From an uncultured delta proteobacterium (GTDB taxonomy: Bacteria; Desulfobacterota; Binatia; UBA9968), in assembly GCA_963755715.1 (NCBI GenBank), contig CAVWLW010000065.1, positions 5,766-69,765 on the forward strand: a stretch of DNA of 64,000 nt, in the 5' to 3' direction. This document shows positions 9,773-19,787 of this stretch, one piece after another. The position numbers and the translations under genes were made by a program. The notes below the pieces were generated by a model. That model ran no database searches. It was not told the origin of the DNA and saw only the letters and a program-made list of their open reading frames with translations. Within the stretch, counting starts at the first letter, position 1. Each line of letters starts with the position of its first letter.

Positions 9773-11284
9773 ATGAAACAAGAGATATACATCAATTCGA
9801 CGCCGCAAGAGAGCCGCATCGCGCTCATCGAAGACGGTCAACTGGCCGAATTTCTGATCGAAAGAAAAGAAGAAATGGGCGTCGCGGGCAATATCTACAA
9901 AGGCAAAGTGGCGCGGGTTCTCCCCGGCATGCAGGCCGCCTTCATCGATATCGGCATGGAAAAGGCGGGCTTTCTCCACGCCTCGGATTTTTCCACTGAG
10001 CCGGAAGACGTTCAGCTGATCGGTTCCTCGGGCGACGACGTCGAGTTCGAAGAGGCGCCAAAACCGGCGCCGTCACGTCGGCTGCCGCTCGAAAAACAGC
10101 TTGCTCGGGGCGAAGAAATTCTCGTCCAGGTCGCCAAAGACCCGCTCGGCACCAAAGGGGCGCGGGTCACTTCCCATGTGTCGCTTCCGGGCCGCTACAT
10201 GGTCTTTATGCCGGGCACCAAACATATCGGTATCTCGCGACGGATCGAGAGCGAGGAAGAGCGCAAACGGTTGAAAGAAATCGCCCAGGCGCTCAGGACT
10301 GAAGAGGGCGGATTCATCCTGCGCACGGCTTGCGAAGGACGGAGCAAGAGGGAGATCCAACGGGATCTAAGCTTTCTTACGAAGCTATGGAGCCGCATTC
10401 ACAAAAAAGCCGAGTCCGCGCCGTCGCCGTCGCTGATTCATCAAGACCTCGATTTGATCGTGCGCACAATCCGCGATTTCTTCAGCGCCGACACCGAGCG
10501 GGTGGTCGTCGATTCACCGAGAGACCATCGGCGCATCACCGACTTCGTGCGCAATTTCATGCCGCGCCTCAAGTCGAAAATCGTGCTGTATGCCGACAAA
10601 GTGCCGCTCTTCGAGCAACAGGGGATCGAAGAAAAAGTCGCCAAGGCGTTGGAGCGCCGAGTCTGGCTGCGTTCGGGCGGCTCCATCGTCATTGAGCGCA
10701 CCGAAGCGCTCACCGCGGTGGACGTAAACACGGGCCGATTCGTCGGCAAGCGCAATCAGGAAGAGACGATTTTTAAAACCAATTTGGAAGCGACGCAGGA
10801 AGTCGTACGCCAATTGCGCCTGCGCAACGTCGGCGGCATTATCATTATCGATTTCATCGATATGGAGAAGGAAGGGAACCGGAAGAAAGTCTACGATGCG
10901 CTCAGAGAGGCGCTCAAAAAAGACAAAGCGCGCACCAATATTTTAAAAATTTCCGAGCTCGGTTTGGTCGAGATGACTCGGCAACGAACGCGCGAAAGCT
11001 TGGAGAATCAGCTGCTCCGGCCTTGCCCTCATTGCGACGGCCGCGGCCGGATCAAATCCGCGCCGACGATCGCCTACGACGTCTTGAGAGCGATTAAACG
11101 CCAGCACTCACAAGTCGAGGACGGCAAGAATATCGTTGTGCGGCTGCATCCGGATATCGCGAATTTTCTCTACGACGAGAAAAACAACAGCCTGGAAAAT
11201 CTCGAGCGCGAGATCAACCATCGCATCATCATCAAAGCCAGCCAGGACTTACATCAAGAGAAATACGAGATCACCGAAGCCTAA
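9773..11284 (+). CDS. rng: Ribonuclease G (Rne/Rng family)
   Basis: 503 aa. N-terminal S1 domain (GNIYKGKVARVLPGMQAAFIDIG), catalytic core with VDVNTGRFVG and IIIDFIDM, CPHCDGRGRI zinc link. Length fits RNase G rather than RNase E. Confidence 0.88.
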   Translation: MKQEIYINSTPQESRIALIEDGQLAEFLIERKEEMGVAGNIYKGKVARVLPGMQAAFIDIGMEKAGFLHASDFSTEPEDVQLIGSSGDDVEFEEAPKPAPSRRLPLEKQLARGEEILVQVAKDPLGTKGARVTSHVSLPGRYMVFMPGTKHIGISRRIESEEERKRLKEIAQALRTEEGGFILRTACEGRSKREIQRDLSFLTKLWSRIHKKAESAPSPSLIHQDLDLIVRTIRDFFSADTERVVVDSPRDHRRITDFVRNFMPRLKSKIVLYADKVPLFEQQGIEEKVAKALERRVWLRSGGSIVIERTEALTAVDVNTGRFVGKRNQEETIFKTNLEATQEVVRQLRLRNVGGIIIIDFIDMEKEGNRKKVYDALREALKKDKARTNILKISELGLVEMTRQRTRESLENQLLRPCPHCDGRGRIKSAPTIAYDVLRAIKRQHSQVEDGKNIVVRLHPDIANFLYDEKNNSLENLEREINHRIIIKASQDLHQEKYEITEA

Positions 11285-11359
11285 CCTCAATTTTTCGGCC
11301 ACGGATGAACGTCGGCGTCGCGCCGAAGCTTTTTCACATCATGAGCTTGTATGTGCGTG

Positions 11360-11386
11360 AAAACCGCCGTGCTCCGTTGCGGTTTT
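11360..11386 (+). terminator. Candidate intrinsic terminator of rng
   Basis: 8-bp stem aaaaccgc/gcggtttt with an 11-nt loop, followed by gctttcg, about 75 nt after the rng stop. Confidence 0.4.
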
Positions 11387-11417
11387 GCTTTCGTGGTTGG
11401 ACGCGTGCCAAAAACAC

Positions 11418-11450
11418 ATAGGGGCGGGTTTGTTTGAAACCCGCCCCTAT
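11418..11450. terminator. Perfect 14-bp hairpin between convergent genes (bidirectional terminator candidate)
   Basis: ataggggcgggttt-gtttg-aaacccgcccctat. On the minus strand it is followed by gtgttttt. Lies between the rng stop (11284) and the VOC gene stop (11494). Confidence 0.55.
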
Positions 11451-11493
11451 CGTGACTCAAGATGATCTAATGCGTTTACTGCGATTGTCTCAC

Positions 11494-12003
11494 TCAGTGG
11501 TATTCCACGCCGGGTAAAGGATTGGCAACCGCTTCTTCCAACGTCGTGGCGCGCTTCCACTCGTTTGCCGGGCGGCTGCGGCCGTCGGTGCCGATTTGAT
11601 CCATGGCCGCGTAGATTTCGATCTTGTAACCGTCGGGATCATAGAATTCGAGCCCCGGATTGCCGCCAGGACCGCGGCGTCCTTCGTAAAAAATCGTCAC
11701 GCCCTTCGCTTTGAGAAAATCGCGGATCTTGAAAAGCTCCGACACGGTAGCGACTTCCAAAGCCATGTGGTCGAATCCCACTTGGCCGCGCTTGGGCAGT
11801 TCACTTTTCTCCGTTGCCTGGACTAACGCGACGGTGTGGTGGTCGGTGGTGTTACGGAAAAACATCATCCCGCCCTCGTTCCGGTCGGAAAACTTAAAAC
11901 CCATGACGTCGGTCCAGAACTTCGTGCTGCGCTCGATGTCGCTAACCGTGAGCACGACGTGACCGATTTTCTTGATTTTGATCGGAGATTTTTCTTCTGT
12001 CAT
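11494..12003 (-). CDS. VOC (glyoxalase/extradiol dioxygenase-like) family protein
   Basis: KKIGHVVLTVSDIERSTKFWTDVMGFKFSD ... DHMALEV ... FYDPDGYKIEIY. ATG at 12003 is preceded by aaggag; the ORF track extends to 12051. Paralogue of 16162-16716. Confidence 0.8.
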   Translation of the reverse strand: MTEEKSPIKIKKIGHVVLTVSDIERSTKFWTDVMGFKFSDRNEGGMMFFRNTTDHHTVALVQATEKSELPKRGQVGFDHMALEVATVSELFKIRDFLKAKGVTIFYEGRRGPGGNPGLEFYDPDGYKIEIYAAMDQIGTDGRSRPANEWKRATTLEEAVANPLPGVEYH

Positions 12004-12126
12004 AAAATGCTCCTTTCGGTTGTTAAGATTGGCGCGGTTGTATGCCGCCAAAGCTACCGATTTTCTAGCACGGAATGTCGGCTTAAGGCAAAGCGGAAAG
12101 AATCGGGGATTAGCCGGTCGGCAAGA

Positions 12127-12528
12127 TCAGCCGCGCGTGAATTTAGCGACGATCTTGCGGCTGTAGTTGCGCACCGAACTTAGGTCCAGCGAGCGGCGCT
12201 TGAGCATATCGAGGCGGATCATTTTCCATTGAATGCTTTTGGCCAGCGCGCGGCGCTCGCCTTCGTCTTCGACGTGTTTGATCAGGTCCTCGAGCGTATG
12301 AATGTCTTTCAGTAGTTCGACTTCGGGCGGCAAGACATGGGCGTTCTTGAGCACGTGATAGCCGATCCGTAGATCTTCGGGCACCCAGCTTAGGTCTTCC
12401 AATTCCAGCGGTTTGCCTTTGCCTGGAAGGTTATCAAATGCGCCCTCACGCTGTGCTTCGAGAATGCGTTGTTCGGCGATCCTGTGCATAAACGACACGG
12501 CGCCCGTTTGTTGTGGCGGTCTTTTCAT
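12127..12528 (-). CDS. DnaJ-like DUF1992 domain protein
   Basis: 133 aa. IAEQRILEAQREGAFDNLPGKGKPLELEDL...HVLKNAHVLPPEVEL matches the DUF1992 (DNAJC28-like) core. Confidence 0.7.
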   Translation of the reverse strand: MKRPPQQTGAVSFMHRIAEQRILEAQREGAFDNLPGKGKPLELEDLSWVPEDLRIGYHVLKNAHVLPPEVELLKDIHTLEDLIKHVEDEGERRALAKSIQWKMIRLDMLKRRSLDLSSVRNYSRKIVAKFTRG

Positions 12529-12532
12529 CCGC

Positions 12533-13796
12533 TTAGCTCCTTCGACTGACCGATCTTTCCGCTTGCATTGCCGCGAGCTCTTCCGGCGGCCGGACGTGGC
12601 GGAACATCAGAAAAAATGCCACGTCGTTGACCAATTGTAACCCGCCGCCGATGAACAAGGGAAGCGTCAAGCGAAACGGTTTGCATGAGATAAGTCGAAA
12701 TGGTCGGGCTGATGCCGAACGGCACGATGCGCGCCAAGCTGGTGACGCCGGCCGCGGAGCCGCGTTCGTTGGATTGGACCATCGCCATGGTGAACGAAGC
12801 TCGTAAAGGATTGTCCATGTAAGCGAAAAATGACCGAATGACAATGAGCGCGGCGGCCACGTTAAGAATCGAGGCAAATGGTAGGCATAGCCAAATCAGC
12901 GACGCCAAACCGTGGGAAAATGCCATGGTTTTGACGACGCCGATTTTGCTCGCGATCAGCGGCGCGCTGAGAAACGACAGCGCCGCGAGAAAATAGGAAG
13001 CAAAGAAAATCACGCCGAGAGATTTGAGCTCGACGCCGAAACGAAGAAAGAACCAATAAGCGACCAACGAACCCGCCATACCGGCGCCGAAGTTGTCGAC
13101 GATTGCAAGCAAAGACATCTTGGTGACAAAGACACCGGTGCTTTTGGACATCTTTTTTTCGGCAGGCCTGGGTTGGTGTTCCTCCTCGCCGATGGCCCGA
13201 TACACGAACAGGAGCGCGACGCTAAAAAGTATGGTCAAGCCGAAAAGCGGCTTGTAGGAGTCGACCGCGTTCCAGCCCTTTGTTTCTTGAAGAAACTGCG
13301 GCAGGCCGCTGGCCAACGCGCCTAAAGAGCCCATGATCGAGCCGACGCACGAATTGACCGCGAAGATCTGATTGCGATTCTCCGGCCGGCATTTCTCGGC
13401 CAGGAGAGCTTCTTCCACCGGATTGAACGGACCGCCGCCCGAGCCGCCGCCGCCGGATCCGCCGGCGCCGACGTTCGCGACGATAACTGCAGCCAGAATA
13501 AAGAAGAGACTGCTAAAATAAATAAGGATGAGGTTGGACAGGATCGTCAGAATCGCAAGCAGCATCAAAATTTTTCTGCGACCGACCCGATCCGACAAAT
13601 ATCCCCAGAGCGCCGTGAGCACGGCGCCGCTCAGATACGCGACGGTGAAAATGACCCCGATCATCACCGGCGTATATCCAAGCCGGTCGAGATAGATGGC
13701 GAACACGACGTTCAAATACGAAAAAGCGAAGGCACGGATGCCGCGCGAGGCCATCAGCAACTTGGCATCGCGGTGTAAGTTTCGCAGCAGTCCCAT
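12533..13796 (-). pseudogene. MFS transporter, C-terminal frame disruption (pseudogene or sequencing error)
   Basis: The real start is ATG 13796, 2 nt after the stop of the upstream paralogue. After ...YLMQT the frame derails. The +1 frame (ORF 12533-12877) reads RLTLPLFIGGGLQLVNDVAFFLMFRHVRPPEE, colinear with the paralogue's TLNVPIFIGGFLQFFHDCVFYFMFRDVKPPEE. One extra base near 12676-12684. Confidence 0.8.
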
Positions 13797-13798
13797 AA

Positions 13799-15055
13799 TC
13801 AAGCCGTCGCGGTTTGCGGCGTAGCCCCTTCTTCTTCGGGCGGTTTCACGTCGCGGAACATGAAATAGAAGACGCAATCGTGAAAGAACTGCAGGAAGCC
13901 GCCGATAAATATCGGCACGTTCAACGTGAACGCCTGCATTAAGTACGCCGAGATCGTCGGACTGATCGCCACCGGAACATGCCGTGAGAGAGTGGTGAAG
14001 CCGGCGGCGGAGCCGCGATCTTCGGGCCGAACGACGCCCATGATGAAGGAACTCCTGAGTGGACTGTCCATATAAGCCAGATAGGAGCGAGCGATTGTCA
14101 GGGCGGCGGCGATCGCAAACGTCGGCGCCAGCGGCAGGCAGAGCCAAATTGCCGACGCCAAACCGTGGGAGAAAGCCATGGTTCGGACTACGCCGATTTT
14201 GCGCGCGATGATCGGCGCGGTTAAAAACGACATGGCGGCGAGAAAGTAAGATAAAAAGAACATAAAGCCGAGAGACTTGAGCTCAACGCCGTAGCGCAGA
14301 AAAAACCAGTAGGAGATCAGCGGGCTGACCAATCCGCCGCCCAAATTATCGATCATGCCGAGCAGCGACATTTTAAGCACGAAGGCGTTGGCTTTGGTCA
14401 CCATTGGTTTCTTCGCTCGTTTTTTGGCGACGTGATGCTCGTCGATTCGCGAGTAGGCAAAGATCAGCACGGCGCTAAAAACGATCGTTAACGCAAAGAG
14501 CGGCTTGTAAGAAGCGATCGGTTGCCAGCCCCAATTTTCCTGTAAATGCTGCGGCAAACCGCTCAACAGCGCGCCTAAGGCGCCCATCATCGAGCCGACA
14601 AAGGCATTGGCGGCGAAGACTGCGTTACGGTTCTGCGGCGTGCATTTTTCTGCGAGCAGGGCCTGCTCGACCGGACTCATGGGGCCGCCGCCTTGGCCGC
14701 CACCGCCCGAACCCCCGGCGCCCACGTTGGCGATGATGACCGCGGCGATGATGAAAATCAGATGACTGGAAAAAATGTAAATAAGGTTAGACGCGATGGT
14801 GAGGACGGCCAAAAGCATCAGAATATTTTTCCGGCCAAATCGGTCCGACAGATAGCCCCACACGGCGGTTAAGACAGCCGCGCTGGCATACGCCGTGGTG
14901 ACGACAAAGCCAACGGTGATCGTCGAGTAACCGAGCTGACTCAAATAAATCGTGAAAATGACGCCCAAATAGGAGAACGCAAAGGCTCTGACGCCGCGGG
15001 AGATCATCAAGATTTTCGCGTCGCGCTGCAAATCCCCGAAGAAATGTCGGATCAC
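13799..15055 (-). CDS. MFS transporter (tandem paralogue)
   Basis: 418 aa, about 12 hydrophobic segments, LSDRFGRKNILML MFS loop motif, Gly-rich loop NVGAGGSGGGGQGGGP. The GTG start overlaps the upstream stop (GTGA). Confidence 0.85.
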   Translation of the reverse strand: MIRHFFGDLQRDAKILMISRGVRAFAFSYLGVIFTIYLSQLGYSTITVGFVVTTAYASAAVLTAVWGYLSDRFGRKNILMLLAVLTIASNLIYIFSSHLIFIIAAVIIANVGAGGSGGGGQGGGPMSPVEQALLAEKCTPQNRNAVFAANAFVGSMMGALGALLSGLPQHLQENWGWQPIASYKPLFALTIVFSAVLIFAYSRIDEHHVAKKRAKKPMVTKANAFVLKMSLLGMIDNLGGGLVSPLISYWFFLRYGVELKSLGFMFFLSYFLAAMSFLTAPIIARKIGVVRTMAFSHGLASAIWLCLPLAPTFAIAAALTIARSYLAYMDSPLRSSFIMGVVRPEDRGSAAGFTTLSRHVPVAISPTISAYLMQAFTLNVPIFIGGFLQFFHDCVFYFMFRDVKPPEEEGATPQTATA

Positions 15056-16003
15056 TGCGGCCTCGCCGCGTTGTAATGGTCGCGCTCGAAATCGAGCTCG
15101 GTATAGATTCCCAAGGCGTGAAGCGCGTCGTTGGCTTCATCCAATGACGAACTCGTACGCACGGCTTGCGCCGGGCGCGAAAGGCTTTCATATAATTTTT
15201 CCGGCGACATGAAAAAAGTCAGGGTGGTGAGCGGCGTAAGCTTGAGAGTGCGCCGATCGCCGCGAATGCGCTTTGTTCCCCATGCGCCGCGGAAACATTC
15301 CACCGGGATGGCGCTCGCTTCGGTGGGCACGGTTTTGATGACCTCCTCGATTTCGGCGGCGATTTTTGGCGTGAGCGCCCATGCGCCCTGCAACCCATTG
15401 ACAGCGGCGAGTTTGCTCAGCGCCGCTTCGATTTCATCCACGGTCAACTCGCCGTCGCTGCCGTAGCCAAACACGCCCCATAAGGTGCGGCGGCCGCGTT
15501 TTGCCAATTCCGCAAACGCGGCCAACATGATCGAATCTGCCAACGGACTGCGCAATCCGGGCTCATGACCTTGCGCCAGCGAATCGCCGCCAACGTCGAT
15601 GCCGACCAGCAAGTCCGCTTGGAGTTCTTGCATCGCGATTTCAATTCCATCCACCACGCCGGCGGCGCCGCCGTTGATGTCGATCAGTAAAACTCGCCTG
15701 GCCGATCGCCGCCGCCATTCTCGATTCGGCGAAATAAACACCGGTATCGGTTTGACTATCGGCATTCGCCATCCAGGCGAAAGGATGCAGCACCCGAACG
15801 TTTCGTGTTTCGCTAAGCTTTCGTGGCCCGGGTATCGGATCGTAGACGTTTCGTTCCCAGGAAAGACCGCCGAGGATGAATTCCAAGCCGCAAAATTCAA
15901 GGAAGCGCGCAGTCGCCAAGGCGCCGACCACGTCGCCGCCGCCACCGACGCCGATAACCAGGGCGCGCGACGATGCGCGGATGAGAGTTTCCAACGATTG
16001 CAT
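15052..16003 (-). pseudogene. DUF1152-like protein, frame-disrupted (pseudogene or sequencing error)
   Basis: ORF 15641-16003 (ALVIGVGGGGDVVGALATARFLE...) continues in the frame of ORF 15052-16050 from VLLIDINGGAAGVVDGIEIA...DVGGDSLAQGHEPGLRSPLADS. The frames join at a T-run near 15693-15702. Confidence 0.6.
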
Positions 16004-16161
16004 TTATTATGTTGTTCAGGCTGGCTCTTCGACGTCTTAATGGCTGTCATCCTGAACGACGTGAAGGATCTCGGCCGAGATTCTTCGCCTGTGGCTCAGA
16101 ATGACACGCCATCTTTGCCATACTCTCGTTTGCCTTTGCTCGCGTAATTCTCGAATGATCA

Positions 16162-16716
16162 TCATTTCGGAATATGCGTATCCTGTCCCGGCACAGGATT
16201 AGCAATTGCTTCTTCGAGCGATTTGACGCCGTGCCATTCGTTGGACGGCCGCACGCGGCCGTCACTGCCGACTTGATCGACACCCCAGTAAATTTCTAGA
16301 GAATGATTGTCCGGGTCGCGAAACTCCACGGCGATCTGACAGCCGGCGCGGCGGCGGCCTTCAAAGTCGATCTTGGCGCCGCATTCACGCAAGCGATCGC
16401 GCGCGTGCAGGACTTCGCCGAGCGTCGGCACCTCGAAAGCGAGGTGATGTAATTCTCTATTCGCGTTCTTGCCGTCACCGGCGCCGACGAGAGCGAGGCA
16501 ATGATGGTCCGTGTTACAACGCAAAAACACCATGCCGCCGGGCATCATCTCTTCCGGATAAACGTCCGAGACTTTGAAGCCCAGAACCTTCGTGTAAAAT
16601 TCGGTCGAACGTTCGAGATCCGAGACTTGCAAGACGACATGACCGACTTTGCTGATGTGAAAATCCATGCCTTTCGGCGGCGTCATACTTTTCAGCTTTT
16701 CGATATTGACGGCCAT
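16162..16716 (-). CDS. VOC (glyoxalase/extradiol dioxygenase-like) family protein
   Basis: 184 aa. SKVGHVVLQVSDLERSTEFYTKVLGFKVSD ... HHLAFEV ... FRDPDNHSLEIY. ggagg RBS upstream of the ATG. Paralogue of 11494-12003. Confidence 0.8.
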   Translation of the reverse strand: MAVNIEKLKSMTPPKGMDFHISKVGHVVLQVSDLERSTEFYTKVLGFKVSDVYPEEMMPGGMVFLRCNTDHHCLALVGAGDGKNANRELHHLAFEVPTLGEVLHARDRLRECGAKIDFEGRRRAGCQIAVEFRDPDNHSLEIYWGVDQVGSDGRVRPSNEWHGVKSLEEAIANPVPGQDTHIPK

Positions 16717-16772
16717 AACGATTCCTCCATCTCTGAGTCAGCTCCGCAGCGATGAATCGGCAAAGGCCGCGC

Positions 16773-17570
16773 TCAACTCGCCGGCTTTGGCATGAGATTG
16801 TTGGCGCGCAGGAAATCAATGACAAACTCGTCGAAACTGGCAGGATCTTCGATGTTACAGGCGTGACCCGTCTTCGGTAACACCTTGTGCACGGCGCCAG
16901 GAATGAGCGACGCCGTCAGTTTTCCGCCTTTGAGAGAATTATCGTACTCACCGTTGACCACCAGAGTCGGCACTTTCATCGTGCCGAGCCGAGGCGTCAT
17001 GTCGAGACCGCCGCGGGCGCGAAAAATCTGGCCGATGGATTCACCCGAGAGCCACGGGTCGCGTTCAACGAACGTGTTGAGCAGATATTTACCTAACTTT
17101 GAATCGGCGAACTCGGGCGCCACCAAGTCGCGCAGATGTTGGATGTGATATTTCTCGATGCCGACTTTTGTGTAGCCGTGGATGCGTTCTTCGATCGATC
17201 CGCCCGGTCCGCTGCTGCCACCGACGAGAATAATCGCTTTGAAAATCTCCGGGTGATCGAGACCTAACAGAATCGCCATGCCCGAGCCGACGCTGACGCC
17301 GCCGAGGATCGCTTCCTTGACGCCCTGGTCGCGACAAACAGCGAGCACATCATCCGCCATGTCTTTTAGGCTGAACGGTGTTTCAGGTTTGTCCGAGCGC
17401 CCGTAGCCACGAATGTCGATGGCGATGACTTTGAAGTAGGTGGAAAAGTGCGCGATCTGGTACATCCAGAGGTTATGATCGAAGGGATTGGCATGAACCA
17501 TGACGAAAGGAAAACCTTCGCCGGAAACTTCGTAATAAATCTTAAGTCCGTTGGCGGTGCTGTAGGGCAT
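16773..17570 (-). CDS. Alpha/beta hydrolase
   Basis: FVMVHANPFDH, IAIDIRGYGRSDKP, nucleophile elbow GVSVGSG, C-terminal TGHACNIEDP. ATG 17570 (MPYSTANGLKIYYEV) preferred over the ORF-track start 17639. Confidence 0.85.
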   Translation of the reverse strand: MPYSTANGLKIYYEVSGEGFPFVMVHANPFDHNLWMYQIAHFSTYFKVIAIDIRGYGRSDKPETPFSLKDMADDVLAVCRDQGVKEAILGGVSVGSGMAILLGLDHPEIFKAIILVGGSSGPGGSIEERIHGYTKVGIEKYHIQHLRDLVAPEFADSKLGKYLLNTFVERDPWLSGESIGQIFRARGGLDMTPRLGTMKVPTLVVNGEYDNSLKGGKLTASLIPGAVHKVLPKTGHACNIEDPASFDEFVIDFLRANNLMPKPAS

Positions 17571-17745
17571 AGATATTGGGTTTTGAATGCCAGAGATATG
17601 GCAATTGGTGTAAAAACTCTTATCTGGAGCGCCAATCACTTGTCAAGAAATGAAACTTTCTCATGCACCGAGCTTCACTTGCGGACATACATTTCGCTTG
17701 TTATGTGGGTAGGCGGCTCAGGGTGTTCATGAATCAAGCCGAGGA

Positions 17746-18693
17746 GTGTTTTTTACTATAATGACGTTGCTTTTATCGGTCCTCGTTATTTTCTTTGGTT
17801 GGCGCTTGCAGCCGCTCGCTGCGCAGGAATTACAAAAAGTCCGCATCTCCTATTCGAGCCGCAGCAATTCGACCACTGTTTACCAAGTCGCTTTGGCCAG
17901 AGGTTTCTTCAAAGAAGAAGGACTGGAAGCGGAGATGATTCAAATGAATCCGCGCCTCGGCGGTCTGGCGGTGATGAACGGTGACATCGAGTTCACGACG
18001 ACGTTCGGCACCACGCTGCGCGGTATTATCCAAGGCTTGCCACTCAAATTTGTCGCCATATCCGTTCGCAAGACCGATCATTTCTTAATCAGCCGCCCCG
18101 AGCTAAAGACGATCCAAGACCTGCGCGGTAAGCGCCTCGGAGTCTCGACGCTATTTGGCACCGATCAACTGGCCGCCGAGGACATGATGCAGTCCAAAGG
18201 GTTGAACCCGAGCGCCGTGCAGGTGGTGGCCTTGGGCGATGCCCCAGTGCGGGTCCAAGCCTTGCGCGCAGGCATTGTTGAAGTCATCGCGATGAACACT
18301 CCCTACGATATGGTCTTGATGAAAGACGGTTATAACGCTCTTGCCGGGCCGCAAGATCTCAAGCGTGCGCTGCCACTGGCGGGCTTGGCAGTAAAAGATA
18401 GTCTGCTTAAGGAAAAACCTGCTTTGATCAAACGCGCGCTGCGCGCGGTTTTAAAGTCGCACCGATTCATTTTCGACAACAAACAAGAAACCACCCGCAT
18501 CATGATGCAGTGGTTGAGCCAGCCGCCGGATATCGGGTCGCGCGGCTATGAGCTGGCGTTACTGGCCCTTTCTCGGAACGGCGAGATTCCCGACTCCGAC
18601 TTGGAATTGTTAACGGAGAAAAAACGGCCGTTGAACGAAGTCCGCGATTACAGTTTGCTACGCGAGGCGCAGAAAGAACTGGGCATGCGTTGA
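17746..18693 (+). CDS. ABC transporter substrate-binding protein, NMT1/NitT-TauT-like
   Basis: 315 aa. N-terminal hydrophobic signal. Colinear with the other NMT1-like SBPs at 26464-27507 and 60770-61783. Confidence 0.7.
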   Translation: MFFTIMTLLLSVLVIFFGWRLQPLAAQELQKVRISYSSRSNSTTVYQVALARGFFKEEGLEAEMIQMNPRLGGLAVMNGDIEFTTTFGTTLRGIIQGLPLKFVAISVRKTDHFLISRPELKTIQDLRGKRLGVSTLFGTDQLAAEDMMQSKGLNPSAVQVVALGDAPVRVQALRAGIVEVIAMNTPYDMVLMKDGYNALAGPQDLKRALPLAGLAVKDSLLKEKPALIKRALRAVLKSHRFIFDNKQETTRIMMQWLSQPPDIGSRGYELALLALSRNGEIPDSDLELLTEKKRPLNEVRDYSLLREAQKELGMR

Positions 18694-18734
18694 TCAGGAT
18701 TGCATCCGACAGATTCGGTTAGGAGCGAATCGCC

Positions 18735-19748
18735 ATGATGAGAAAGACTCGCGGTTTCGTCAATCGGTGGCTGTTTCTTCTAGTGACCGTAGTGCTTAGC
18801 TTTAGCCAAGCAGGCGTGGGACTTTGCGCCGATGACAGCTTATTTTCCGAGGCGCGCCGAGAGCGGGGAACCGTGCGTTGGTACACCGCCTTGAACGTCA
18901 ATGGAAGCAAGCCCCTCGCCGATGCTTTCGAGAAAAAATATCCGTTTCTAAAAGTTGACATCAATCGGCTGAGCAATGAACGCATCATGAACCGAATTTT
19001 CGCCGAAGCGAAATCGGCGGCGCCGCAATTCGACGTCACTTCGTTCGCTTACTTGCCCTTGCTGGCGGAGAAAGGTCTTTTGGCCAGTTATCAAAGTCCC
19101 CAGACCAAAGCTTACCTGGAGGGATTTTTTGATCCCAAAAGCCATTGGACGACGATGTATTCGAATCTTATCGTGTTGGGCTACAACACGCGTCAGGTCA
19201 GTGCTGCCTCGGCGCCGAAGGACTGGCCGGATCTCCTCGCTTCGCAGTGGAGCGAGAAAATCGGCATGGATCCCGAAGTCGGCATCTGGTACGGCGCGAT
19301 GCTGCACTACATGGGGAAAGAAAGAGGAGAGAAGTTTTTTCGCTCGCTGGCGCAGCAGAAAATACAGTGGCGTCGCGGCCATTCTTTGCTCGCTCAACTG
19401 ATGACGGCCGGCGAGTTTCCGCTCGCGCTCGTCTATGCCTTCAACATCAGCCAATTGCAGCAAAGCGGCGCGCCGGTGAAGTGGGTGACCTCGGCAAAAC
19501 CGATCGTTGCTACCACCAGCGGCATCGGCATTTCGGCAAAGACGGACGCGCCGGCATCGAGCAAGCTGTTCATCGATTTTGCGCTCTCTTTGGAAGGCCA
19601 GAAAATAATCACCGAGACCGGGCGTTTTTCCGCGCGGAAAGATTTACAGACCATCGGCGATCTCAAGACCTATGCGGTCCCTGATGCGGTGGTGCTGAAT
19701 CTTGAAAAGTACTTGCAAGAATTCACCCAACTATTTCGCCCGAAATAA
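18735..19748 (+). CDS. Extracellular solute-binding protein family 1 (Fe3+/polyamine-type SBP)
   Basis: 337 aa, signal peptide. GTVRWYTALNVNGSKPLADAFEKKYPFLKVDINR is typical of AfuA/PotD-like SBPs. Confidence 0.65.
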   Translation: MMRKTRGFVNRWLFLLVTVVLSFSQAGVGLCADDSLFSEARRERGTVRWYTALNVNGSKPLADAFEKKYPFLKVDINRLSNERIMNRIFAEAKSAAPQFDVTSFAYLPLLAEKGLLASYQSPQTKAYLEGFFDPKSHWTTMYSNLIVLGYNTRQVSAASAPKDWPDLLASQWSEKIGMDPEVGIWYGAMLHYMGKERGEKFFRSLAQQKIQWRRGHSLLAQLMTAGEFPLALVYAFNISQLQQSGAPVKWVTSAKPIVATTSGIGISAKTDAPASSKLFIDFALSLEGQKIITETGRFSARKDLQTIGDLKTYAVPDAVVLNLEKYLQEFTQLFRPK

Positions 19749-19787
19749 CCGGGCAATTACCACTGGACCAGTCGAAAGGAAAACCGC

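Noticed and set aside
13797-14147. 117-codon N-terminal extension of the downstream MFS ORF (12525-14147); similarly the first ~110 codons of ORF 15052-16050
   Set aside because: The extensions overlap the C-terminus of the upstream gene in another frame and are Arg-rich. Paralogue alignment places the true start at 13796.
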